Of a DNA stretch of 64,000 nt, positions 38,342 to 45,848 are shown one piece after another (positions within the stretch are counted from its first letter, which is position 1; each line of letters begins with the position of its first letter). Below the pieces are notes generated by a model that had not been told where the DNA came from, made no database searches, and saw nothing but the letters and a program-made list of their open reading frames with translations. Source of the DNA: a virus; IMG/VR virus record IMGVR_UViG_3300031703_000599, positions 1 to 64,000 of that record, one strand, 5' to 3'. The translations under genes and the position numbers were made by a program.

Positions 38342-38565
38342 AATATATTTTCTCGTCTTAATACCTTAGATGCGTTCTCCATGAATACCGGAGTTAGCGT
38401 TGTGCCATCGAAGTTAATGCAATCATTTAATAAATCATTTAATGCATCACGGAATATAACGACTTCATCTTGTAAGTCATAAACTCTTTGGTCAGTCCAA
38501 TCTGCACCGCATCCGCATTCGCATTCCCCATACGCAGCACAAGTACAATCCATTCCATTACTCAT
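38338..38565 (-). CDS. hypothetical Cys-rich phage protein
   Basis: CTCAAYGECECGCGADW; start moved to MSNGMD. Confidence 0.6.
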   Translation of the reverse strand: MSNGMDCTCAAYGECECGCGADWTDQRVYDLQDEVVIFRDALNDLLNDCINFDGTTLTPVFMENASKVLRRENIL

Positions 38566-38875
38566 CTGTCTTACCTTTGTGCTTAGGTTTAGTAACCTTC
38601 TTTTTGTTAGGCACAACTTGCGATTTGAACTGAGGCGATCGCAATGCGTGTGCAACTGGGTCTCTACTCTTAGGCACTTTAATATTCTTAGGCATTTTCT
38701 TTGCTTCTTTCTTTAATGGATAAAAGTTTAAACTACCAAATAATAACGTATATCTGCCTTGGTCAGTGACTAATTCGTGTCCGTTAAATGTCTTAACTTT
38801 TTCAGACCCTGTGCGTACTAAATGGTCTCGTAAGTCCACTAAGTTATTCCAGTTTTTAGTTCTATGCTTTGTCAT
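38558..38875 (-). CDS. basic hypothetical protein
   Basis: RDPVAHALRSPQFK...PKHK tail, reminiscent of the ArfA-like basic motif. Confidence 0.6.
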   Translation of the reverse strand: MTKHRTKNWNNLVDLRDHLVRTGSEKVKTFNGHELVTDQGRYTLLFGSLNFYPLKKEAKKMPKNIKVPKSRDPVAHALRSPQFKSQVVPNKKKVTKPKHKGKTDE

Positions 38876-38876
38876 G

Positions 38877-39020
38877 TTATGCAGCTTTAACCAGTGTTAG
38901 TGTTGGTGCGCATACTATACGAGCACCATATAATCGTACTTGCATTTCAGCGTATCCACGTATGTAGAAGCTTTGTTGCGTACCATCTAGGTAAACAACT
39001 GTGTACTTTGTATCAGTCAT
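38877..39020 (-). CDS. hypothetical 47-aa protein (not in ORF track)
   Basis: MTDTKYTVVYLDG...; TAATG coupling. Confidence 0.5.
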   Translation of the reverse strand: MTDTKYTVVYLDGTQQSFYIRGYAEMQVRLYGARIVCAPTLTLVKAA

Positions 39021-39160
39021 TACATTTGGCCTTTGCGCATGTAGATTACGCCTTTAACTACACATGGGATTAATAGTGCAACCAATAACATATCAAACGC
39101 ATGAGTAGCTTCTACTAAACGTGTAACTGGTAAAACGGTAAACTCTAAAAAGTCTTTCAT
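39020..39160 (-). CDS. hypothetical 46-aa protein (not in ORF track)
   Basis: first ATG after promoter 39198-39226. Confidence 0.5.
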   Translation of the reverse strand: MKDFLEFTVLPVTRLVEATHAFDMLLVALLIPCVVKGVIYMRKGQM

Positions 39161-39197
39161 ATGCTTCGCCTTGTGTACTTAATTAACTTATACTACT

Positions 39198-39226
39198 ATT
39201 ATAACAAATACTTCAGGTGATGTCTA
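39198..39226 (-). promoter_or_regulatory. sigma70-type early promoter
   Basis: AAGG-TAGACA-N17-TATAAT-AGTAGTATAAGTTAATTAA, same tail as the 67-bp cassettes. Confidence 0.8.
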
Positions 39227-39278
39227 CCTTTATTGCAAAATAAATTTAAATAAATACAATTAACATACGGAGGAAATC

Positions 39279-39896
39279 ATGAAGTTTTTAAAATCAATCA
39301 AATCAAAATTTGTGCTGTGGCTAATGTCAACTACATTGTACAAGTATCTATTATTTCACGTTATACCTTATATAAGATTCACAACATATTACACATCCAT
39401 GCGAGGCAGAACGTATCACAAATTATACAAGGCAGTTAAGCCAGGACATATCCTATTAACAAACGATAGTAAAAAACTAACAACTCTTTTAATAGGCGGC
39501 GAGTTTTCACACGCTGCATATGTAGTATCAAAGGATGGAGATTGGGAAGTATCAGAAATGACCCACAACAATTACACTAAAAGTACTGTTGCAGATTTGT
39601 GCTTTGAGGCTGATCGCGTTGTTGTGCTTGAATGTACTACATTTGATGCAGCATACACTAAGAAGACTATTGCTAAGTGCAAGTCGTTTGAAGGTGTTGC
39701 ATATGATGTTCAATTTGAATTGGGATTGGAAGCATTGTCATGTGCAGAAATGGTATACGAAGCAGATTTTGAAAGGCGCTTAGATGTAAACCTAGAAGAC
39801 GTTATAGGAATAGGCCAATTGTATATTTCACCAACTGGCCTATATAATTCCAAGAATGTCAAAGTGATATTTGACACAGCTAATGTTAGCAACTAA
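39279..39896 (+). CDS. permuted papain-like (YiiX/YebB, NlpC/P60) cysteine hydrolase
   Basis: GHILL, FSHAA, YD...LSCAEMV; RBS GGAGG; ATAAATA at 39250-39256. Confidence 0.8.
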   Translation: MKFLKSIKSKFVLWLMSTTLYKYLLFHVIPYIRFTTYYTSMRGRTYHKLYKAVKPGHILLTNDSKKLTTLLIGGEFSHAAYVVSKDGDWEVSEMTHNNYTKSTVADLCFEADRVVVLECTTFDAAYTKKTIAKCKSFEGVAYDVQFELGLEALSCAEMVYEADFERRLDVNLEDVIGIGQLYISPTGLYNSKNVKVIFDTANVSN

Positions 39897-39906
39897 CATA
39901 GTGAAT

Positions 39907-39979
39907 TTATCTCGATAGGAGTTGAACCTATGTACACAAGCCATACCCTGTGATCTAGCACTATATTGCTACGAGATAA
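39907..39979 (-). ncRNA. tRNA-like RNA A (no canonical anticodon loop, no encoded CCA)
   Basis: acceptor TTATCTCG/CGAGATAA, D-arm, T-arm ATAGG-TTCAACT-CCTAT, aberrant anticodon arm CACAGG-GTATGG-CTTGTG. Confidence 0.65.
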
Positions 39980-39982
39980 AAC

Positions 39983-40057
39983 TGGAGCGGGTGGACGGAA
40001 TCGAACCGACATCTAAAGGTTGGAAACCTCCAGTAATAACCATTATACTACACCCGC
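39983..40057 (-). tRNA. tRNA-Gly(TCC)
   Basis: GCGGGTG acceptor, TCC anticodon, GGTTCGATTCC T-arm, encoded CCA. Confidence 0.93.
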
Positions 40058-40065
40058 AAAACTAA

Positions 40066-40166
40066 TTTGACCCTTAACAGTTGCTCCATCTGAGAAGATG
40101 TTTTATCGGTTCTACCAGCAACTTAATATTAAGTGAGTTGTCTCGGTTACTCTCACAAGGGTCAAA
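40066..40166 (-). ncRNA. unknown structured RNA (~100 nt)
   Basis: 10-bp terminal stem TTTGACCCTT/AAGGGTCAAA enclosing GTGAG/CTCAC and AGTTGCT/AGCAACT helices; strand inferred from the array. Confidence 0.6.
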
Positions 40167-40170
40167 ACTT

Positions 40171-40243
40171 TGGTGTTCGATGAAGATTTAATTCTCCGTT
40201 TCTGACTTATCAGTGTCAGCGTTCTCTCTTGAACTATTCGAAC
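40171..40243 (-). tRNA. atypical tRNA-Ile(GAT)-like gene with 8-nt anticodon loop and degenerate T-loop
   Basis: GTTCGA/TCGAAC-ACCA, D-arm GTTC/GAAC, CTGAC-ACTGATAA-GTCAG. Confidence 0.6.
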
Positions 40244-40251
40244 AAAACTAA

Positions 40252-40356
40252 TTATCTCGGTAGGATTCTAACCTACATGCATGAAAACATCATCAGCGTA
40301 GCCCGGTCAATGGGGTGGCTGGATTTCACTGCTTTAACCTTTAAGCAACGAGATAA
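40252..40356 (-). ncRNA. tRNA-like RNA B with expanded (~37 nt) anticodon loop
   Basis: same acceptor stem as RNA A; D-arm GCTT/AAGC; GTGAAA/TTTCAT stem; T-arm GTAGG-TTAGAAT-CCTAC. Confidence 0.65.
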
Positions 40357-40358
40357 AC

Positions 40359-40444
40359 TGGCGGAAAACTAAGGAATCGAACCTTAACCCTTTCGAGTCC
40401 ACGCGGTTAGCAACCGGCCCTAGATCCAATCTAGATAATCTTCC
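40359..40444 (-). tRNA. tRNA-Ser(GCT)
   Basis: GCT anticodon, long variable arm, GGTTCGATTCC, encoded CCA. Confidence 0.9.
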
Positions 40445-40449
40445 AAACG

Positions 40450-40652
40450 TGGTCCCGCACCGCCCTTTCAAAGCGACTTAACTATGACAGGTTTACTAGG
40501 TTTATACTAACGATCAACTGGTTAGGAATACGCTTCATATCATTGGGCGATTCTGATCTGTGTTCATTGAGCGACCAAGCACAACTACTAACTTCACTAT
40601 CTACCCATCCCTAGCATTTACCAGAGAGATCATACTCAAGTGGTCATGCGAG
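40450..40652 (-). ncRNA. unknown ~200-nt RNA with acceptor-like stem and 3' ACCA
   Basis: CTCGCA/TGCGGG-ACCA termini, hairpin at T-arm position, ATGAC/GTCAT closing a large internal domain. Confidence 0.55.
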
Positions 40653-40659
40653 TTAAAAA

Positions 40660-40735
40660 TGGCTCCTGAAGTTGGGCTCGAACCAACGACAAATAGATTA
40701 ACAGTCTACTACTCTACCAACTGAGCTATTCAGGA
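40660..40735 (-). tRNA. tRNA-Asn(GTT)
   Basis: TCCTGAA acceptor, CTGTTAA loop, GGTTCGAGCCC, encoded CCA. Confidence 0.95.
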
Positions 40736-40747
40736 ATTAAACTTCAC

Positions 40748-40892
40748 TTTCAACTATGCTGGGTAGTATAGTCTACTTACAAACGTGACTAACCATTTGC
40801 ATTGGTAGACTAGGGACTATGTAATGTCCTAAAGCATTCAACGAGTGTCACTCGCTTACTGGCTTAAGGAATCGTCCCAGCATATGTGAAAA
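40748..40892 (-). ncRNA. unknown multi-helix structured RNA (~145 nt)
   Basis: closing stem TATGCTGGG/CCCAGCATA with internal TAGTCTAC/GTAGACTA, GGAC/GTCC and CGAGT/ACTCG helices. Confidence 0.55.
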
Positions 40893-40913
40893 TAAAGTTT
40901 TACGATAAGGGTG

Positions 40914-41102
40914 TTAAGCCTTAAAGTTGTACTCTGTATAAAGGATATCTAAGATATCGTCTATAGTATCTCTATCTGTTGCTAAAATGTTTTGAGGAGT
41001 TGCGTTGATAACTTCCTTAATAGCAGCAATTTGTGTATAACGATCTGCGTCTTGTGATGTAGTTTGCGAAACAGTTTTAGCGAATTGCGATAGAGTATAC
41101 AT
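40914..41102 (-). CDS. hypothetical phage protein
   Basis: 62-aa ORF after promoter 41138-41166. Confidence 0.6.
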   Translation of the reverse strand: MYTLSQFAKTVSQTTSQDADRYTQIAAIKEVINATPQNILATDRDTIDDILDILYTEYNFKA

Positions 41103-41137
41103 TTTGTACTTCTTTCTCTTAATTAATTTATATAACT

Positions 41138-41166
41138 AGTATAACATCTTGCTATTCGAAAGTACA
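41138..41166 (-). promoter_or_regulatory. sigma70-type promoter upstream of the RNA array
   Basis: AAGG-TGTACT-N17-TATACT. Confidence 0.6.
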
Positions 41167-41179
41167 CCTTTATTTTATT

Positions 41180-41401
41180 TTATTTTAAAACTTCTTGGTC
41201 AATTTCTAGTGGCCAATCAAACCACAATCCACAATCCGTACAGTACTTAATAAACTGTGAACGGATAAGTCCTAAATGAACTCCTCCGCATTGTGGGCAG
41301 TGCTTAGTGCTTACTGGGTCTTTACGACGAACAGGCAAGCTTTGTAAGAAAGTAGGATTAAGCATTGTATTCACGCAGCTTTTTGATGTTCCACTTCTCA
41401 A
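41180..41401 (-). CDS. small zinc-ribbon protein (true start probably near 41365)
   Basis: CPQC...CTDC. Confidence 0.6.
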   Translation of the reverse strand: MRSGTSKSCVNTMLNPTFLQSLPVRRKDPVSTKHCPQCGGVHLGLIRSQFIKYCTDCGLWFDWPLEIDQEVLK

Positions 41402-41630
41402 TTATAGCAGTTCCATCATCTGCTTCGTCTACTGCAATATAGGCAACAGTCTTCTTAACATTTGCATAACGATAGCCTTGTTCATTTACAATGCCGCCTA
41501 CCCATACCTTGTGGGAATAATCTTTGCAGAAGTCCTGTGTATCATTGTTAAGTGAGAATTCAAACGTATTACCGTAATCTTTTTCAACAAATTCGCCAAT
41601 TGGATTAACAGTGTGTGTCCAGTATGCCAT
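41358..41630 (-). CDS. hypothetical phage protein
   Basis: RBS GGAG; promoter TTGACA-N18-TATAAT at 41663-41692. Confidence 0.7.
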   Translation of the reverse strand: MAYWTHTVNPIGEFVEKDYGNTFEFSLNNDTQDFCKDYSHKVWVGGIVNEQGYRYANVKKTVAYIAVDEADDGTAIIEKWNIKKLREYNA

Positions 41631-41699
41631 ATGCTTCTCTCCTTACCCTAATTTGTAATACTATTATAGCATTTCTAGTTAGGATATGTCAACCTTTTA

Positions 41700-41978
41700 T
41701 TATGAATAACGTAACTTTAATATCATCTTTTCTTTGTCAGGCAAAGGTAAAATATTTAACCATTTGTTGAAACTATATTCTTGTCCGTATATGTACCAAT
41801 GCTCGGTATTATATGGATATTCTACTATAGCAGGTCCGTCTTCTCTGTGTACCTGGCCAGCGGAATTGTAATAATAGATATCGCCATCTGCATGAAGCCA
41901 ACTACCATTAGTTTGTTCCATAGCGCCGTGGAATGCTTGATCTTCTGCAAGAGCACGTGTTGTATAATCTTCATCCAT
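41700..41978 (-). CDS. HRxDGPA-motif phage protein
   Basis: HREDGPAIV; one of three tandem paralogs. Confidence 0.75.
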   Translation of the reverse strand: MDEDYTTRALAEDQAFHGAMEQTNGSWLHADGDIYYYNSAGQVHREDGPAIVEYPYNTEHWYIYGQEYSFNKWLNILPLPDKEKMILKLRYS

Positions 41979-42201
41979 ACCGTAACCTCAGCAACATCTT
42001 TTGTTCGTCACTAACACCTACACGAGTACACCATTTGTCAAACGATAACATATTCCCTTCATATATCCAACACACTCGGCCATCTGGATGTATTATCGCA
42101 GGACCATCGTCACGATGTGAAACTCCCGTGCCGTTTATACCATCAGTACAATGCCGCCATACTTTGGCACCCGTTGGTGTTGTATGCGATTCACTACCCA
42201 T
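41971..42201 (-). CDS. HRxDGPA-motif phage protein
   Basis: HRDDGPAII. Confidence 0.75.
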   Translation of the reverse strand: MGSESHTTPTGAKVWRHCTDGINGTGVSHRDDGPAIIHPDGRVCWIYEGNMLSFDKWCTRVGVSDEQKMLLRLRYG

Positions 42202-42475
42202 GCTGTAACTTTAACAGCATCTTCTGTTCATCACTTATGTCTATTTGTTGTAACCATTCTTTAAACGGACGCTCACAACTCCTATCAAACCACCTAATAT
42301 TACCATCAGGATTAATCACTGCTGGACCATTGTCTCTATGAACATACCCAGCATCATTGTACCAAACCTTTAATCCATTATCGTATACCCAACTGCCATC
42401 TTCTTGTTCTGTTGCGGCACGATAGTCTATAGCATAATCTCTATGCTTGGGCTCTAAGTTTTTAGGCAATTGCAT
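42194..42475 (-). CDS. HRxxGPA-motif phage protein
   Basis: HRDNGPAVI; start uncertain. Confidence 0.7.
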   Translation of the reverse strand: MQLPKNLEPKHRDYAIDYRAATEQEDGSWVYDNGLKVWYNDAGYVHRDNGPAVINPDGNIRWFDRSCERPFKEWLQQIDISDEQKMLLKLQHG

Positions 42476-42482
42476 CCATTTG

Positions 42483-42674
42483 TTAAAATTCATTAGAAGC
42501 AACTTTTTCAAACTTACGATGACTCTTACTCCAACTCTTCATTGGCTTAGAGAACATAACTTCTTCAGTAGTACCTTGTTTAATATATCCAACTAACCAG
42601 TCCACATCGTTAATGATGTAAGTATGATTCTGTACTGGACTATCCCACACTGTAACTTCTTTTAGATATTTCAT
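42483..42674 (-). CDS. hypothetical phage protein
   Basis: MKYLKEVTVW...NHTY; ATGA overlap. Confidence 0.65.
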   Translation of the reverse strand: MKYLKEVTVWDSPVQNHTYIINDVDWLVGYIKQGTTEEVMFSKPMKSWSKSHRKFEKVASNEF

Positions 42675-42886
42675 GCTTTGTACTCCGCTAACATAAATTC
42701 GCACCATTGTTTTGTTACAAGTGCCTTGTTCCACGCCTGGTAATTAGCATCTGTAAGATCCAAATCACGCTTTTCCATATCTTGTTTGTATTTGACCCAA
42801 GCACGGTGCTCAATCCCAACAGCAACACTTGTTTCATATACAGCACTTTCTAAGCTGAAAATTGCAACGCCATGCTTGATAGTCAT
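42671..42886 (-). CDS. hypothetical phage protein
   Basis: operon packing. Confidence 0.6.
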   Translation of the reverse strand: MTIKHGVAIFSLESAVYETSVAVGIEHRAWVKYKQDMEKRDLDLTDANYQAWNKALVTKQWCEFMLAEYKA

Positions 42887-43122
42887 TATACCTTTTCCTT
42901 TCGGTTAGTTTCTAGCCATTCATCACACGCACGATTGAACTCTTTGTAGTACAGTTCTTCGCTTGCGTAATTGTCACGTATAACTGCATAACAGTCTGCT
43001 TCGACAAAGTCCCAGTTAACCCGATTCCATTTTTCATATGTGTCTTCAGGTAGGTCATAGTAATTTTCTGGTAGTTGCAATGCCTTACGAACTGCGGCTA
43101 ACATCTCATTGACAATTTTCAT
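42886..43122 (-). CDS. hypothetical phage protein
   Basis: VNWDFVEAD motif. Confidence 0.65.
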   Translation of the reverse strand: MKIVNEMLAAVRKALQLPENYYDLPEDTYEKWNRVNWDFVEADCYAVIRDNYASEELYYKEFNRACDEWLETNRKEKV

Positions 43123-43268
43123 TACTTCTTCTCTTTCTTTTGCGGTGTCTTGCTACCCATTGTAGTTTCCTCTATTTTATTAATTGGCAGTACTTGTGGG
43201 TACCATACTTTCTTTGGTACAAATGCTGTGTTAATGTACATATACTTCCCTAATTAATTTATACTACT

Positions 43269-43297
43269 ATTATAACAAAATTTGCCGTGAAGGTCTA
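43269..43297 (-). promoter_or_regulatory. sigma70-type early promoter
   Basis: AAGG-TAGACC-N17-TATAAT-AGTAGTATAAATTAATTA. Confidence 0.75.
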
Positions 43298-43326
43298 CCT
43301 TATTTTAAAAATAAAGTGAAATAAAT

Positions 43327-43650
43327 TTATAGTTTAAATTCTAATCCAAAAACAACGCCAATATTATTACGTTCCAGTGCTGGTGCAACGAAGTAATTCT
43401 TGTATGTTATTCGTGTGTATGGGATAACGTCTGCAACTGTATAGCCGCCTGCTAATGCAAGTTCAAACCCCCAGTCGCCGTATTCGTGCCGATAGCCAGT
43501 GTATGGGCTTATACGTTCTTCACTGTTGTAGTATAGGCCAGTGATGTAATTATCCTGTGTGTAGCGAATGTGTGGATGAAGTTCATTGTATTCGCTTGCA
43601 AGTCCAAGGTGTAGACTTACTCCTAATGTTAGTACAAGTGCTCCGTTCAA
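43327..43650 (-). CDS. small beta-barrel outer-membrane-like protein (PagP-like pattern)
   Basis: amphipathic aromatic strands, YNELHP, YYNS..R.S.Y.GY, ends FGLEFKL. Confidence 0.55.
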   Translation of the reverse strand: MNGALVLTLGVSLHLGLASEYNELHPHIRYTQDNYITGLYYNSEERISPYTGYRHEYGDWGFELALAGGYTVADVIPYTRITYKNYFVAPALERNNIGVVFGLEFKL

Positions 43651-44345
43651 CTGTTAGGCGTGCCAGTCTTGTTATCTTGCAGCCATTTAATAGCAAATCT
43701 ATTAGTAGGTGGACTAGTTATAAATGCACGTATTAATTTTTCCACGTTATCAAAGTTTTGCTTGCGAGCAGGGTCTTCTAAGCCGCCGCTGTTGTCCACG
43801 ATATGGAAGTTGCTGGCGCCAAATACTTGTTGAAATTTCATGATATTGCTCTGCACCGCGTTCCACATTTTAGAAACCATTTCAGTTGGGAGCTTTCTAG
43901 GACGTTGTAAGTTACGTGCTTGTGCAACTTCAAGGTCAGTATTAACAAATAACATCATTGTACTGTAGCCTAGTTTTCTTAGATCATCAGATGCTTTTTT
44001 TACTTTGTCTGTATTCTTGCCTGTGCCATCAATTATAATACCTAGTCGGCCACTAAGGTATGCGTTCTCACGATGAGATGTAAGTTTTTTTGCACGGTCT
44101 CTAATTTCTTGGCCTTCTGGACTTGCAACAGCATCAGGGTCGCCTAAATCCAATTCTTGTTTATGCGCCATGTATTCATATATGTCATCACTGTTAATGG
44201 CTTTCAATCCATACCCAGATAATAGTCCTTTTGATACATAGCTTTTGCCGCTGCCTGGGCCGCCAGCTAGGAAGACTGCTTTAAATATGTGCTTATCATG
44301 TGGTCCTTCTGCTAAATTCTGTTCTGTGATTTGATGTATTTTCAT
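43647..44345 (-). CDS. zeta-toxin-like P-loop kinase
   Basis: FLAGGPGSGKS, INSD, IIDGTG, AQARN..R.R. Confidence 0.8.
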   Translation of the reverse strand: MKIHQITEQNLAEGPHDKHIFKAVFLAGGPGSGKSYVSKGLLSGYGLKAINSDDIYEYMAHKQELDLGDPDAVASPEGQEIRDRAKKLTSHRENAYLSGRLGIIIDGTGKNTDKVKKASDDLRKLGYSTMMLFVNTDLEVAQARNLQRPRKLPTEMVSKMWNAVQSNIMKFQQVFGASNFHIVDNSGGLEDPARKQNFDNVEKLIRAFITSPPTNRFAIKWLQDNKTGTPNS

Positions 44346-44353
44346 ACTAGTAT

Positions 44354-44698
44354 TTATCTAAATCGCAATACATCGCGTGGATTTGATGACAGGCGTTCTA
44401 ACATGCGTTCCTTCTCTACTTTTGTTCTATAGTTAGTACGTCTGTTGTCTTTGTCGTTTAACCAATCGTTGTATTTTTCTCTGCTGCCAACTGATTCCTT
44501 GGGCATGCGTCTAAACAGAACACTATAAATATTCTTTATATTCTTTGAATTCCACACATCTGCTCTAGTACGAGCATCTTGTAGGTCATCGACTATTAAT
44601 GCAGTAAGAAACCCGCCTGGTTGCAACCCGTGAAATAGATAGTTCTCTAATCCACTATCTAAATAGTTGTTGCCTGTTGTAAACCCTAGTAATATCAT
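44354..44698 (-). CDS. conserved phage hypothetical protein
   Basis: YLFHGLQPGGFLTAL...AD motif. Confidence 0.7.
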   Translation of the reverse strand: MILLGFTTGNNYLDSGLENYLFHGLQPGGFLTALIVDDLQDARTRADVWNSKNIKNIYSVLFRRMPKESVGSREKYNDWLNDKDNRRTNYRTKVEKERMLERLSSNPRDVLRFR

Positions 44699-44709
44699 TG
44701 TTAATCCTG

Positions 44710-44949
44710 TTACTTACATACGTGTGCTATTTTAAACATCATTGCGTCTTCGTCTTTCTCAAACCAGAAGTAATCGTGTATATACGAATACTCGCCTTTG
44801 CAGTTATCAGCACACCATTTATATGGATCTTTAGTGCCGTCACGTCCTGCATGACTTAGTTGTAATCGCAGAGCAAACTTACCAAACTTTTCATATGCAT
44901 GTGCTTCTGCTTCTGCTACTTTCTTAGATTTAAGCTTATCAAGCCACAT
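44710..44949 (-). CDS. small phage protein, WC...DAMMFKI family
   Basis: WCADNCKGEY...FWFEKDEDAMMFKI. Confidence 0.7.
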   Translation of the reverse strand: MWLDKLKSKKVAEAEAHAYEKFGKFALRLQLSHAGRDGTKDPYKWCADNCKGEYSYIHDYFWFEKDEDAMMFKIAHVCK

Positions 44950-45139
44950 TGATTGCTGCGTTTGGTAGTTGTTGCTTAATGATGTAGCATGGCTTTGTTG
45001 GATCTAACCGCAGGCTTTTATGTGCTTCGGGTACGCCCATTAATACTGCAAGAGTGTTAACTGGAATGCCGCCTTTAATTAACTTGCTTAAATTATTCAT
45101 ACTAGTTGTCCTTTGAGTTTTGTTATTAACTTATACACT

Positions 45140-45168
45140 ATTATAACAAGATGTCTTGCTAATGTCAA
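45140..45168 (-). promoter_or_regulatory. sigma70-type early promoter
   Basis: GG-TTGACA-ttagcaagacatcttgt-TATAAT, shares CAAGACATCTTGT with the cassettes. Confidence 0.8.
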
Positions 45169-45214
45169 CCGGTTAGTCTAAAATAGTTGAATTTTATATA
45201 TGATAAATAAATGT

Positions 45215-45844
45215 ATGGATAATAGATATGATTTTGAATTTAGTGTGACAAGTTTTTGTCAGGCTAAATGCAGGAGCTGTAGCCGGTTTGATGATGATGG
45301 CGAATTAATAAAAGGGTTAGTGCCTGCTCACGTGCCAATAGAACGATTCAAACAATCAGTTAATAACTTAGAGGGTGTGCATGTTGGGCAAATTATATTA
45401 TGCGGCGAGCATGGTGATCCTATGATGCATCCAAAAATTGGTGAAATCATTGAGTACGCAAGCAAGAACCATATTGTGAATATAATGACAAATGGTGGAT
45501 TGCGTAATCCTGCATTTTATGAGAAATTAGCAAAGAACAAGAGGGTGGCAATAAGTTGGGGAATTGATGGATTAGATCATGATACTAATTGGAAATACAG
45601 GGAAGGTGTTGATTTTAATCGTGCATGGGATAATATGACTACTTGGTTTAAGCATACAACAATGGGGCGATGGGAGTTCTTAATATTTGAATGGAATTAT
45701 CACCAGATACAAGATGTATATAATACAGCCAAGAAATTAGGTATACAAATAGAATTTAAACTAAACACTAGACAGTGGGGCTATCTCCAATCACCCAAGC
45801 GCGAAGAAGTAATCGAACAGCTTAAACATCTACACAAGGGTTAA
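45215..45844 (+). CDS. radical SAM core without SPASM domain
   Basis: CQAKCRSC, GEHGDPMMHP, TNGGLR, GIDGL; ATAAATA-N5-ATG start. Confidence 0.88.
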   Translation: MDNRYDFEFSVTSFCQAKCRSCSRFDDDGELIKGLVPAHVPIERFKQSVNNLEGVHVGQIILCGEHGDPMMHPKIGEIIEYASKNHIVNIMTNGGLRNPAFYEKLAKNKRVAISWGIDGLDHDTNWKYREGVDFNRAWDNMTTWFKHTTMGRWEFLIFEWNYHQIQDVYNTAKKLGIQIEFKLNTRQWGYLQSPKREEVIEQLKHLHKG

Positions 45845-45848
45845 TAAA

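Noticed and set aside
40450-40652. tmRNA (ssrA)
   Set aside because: Too short, with no G3-U70 pair, no TTC T-loop and no recognisable tag reading frame; kept as unknown ncRNA.
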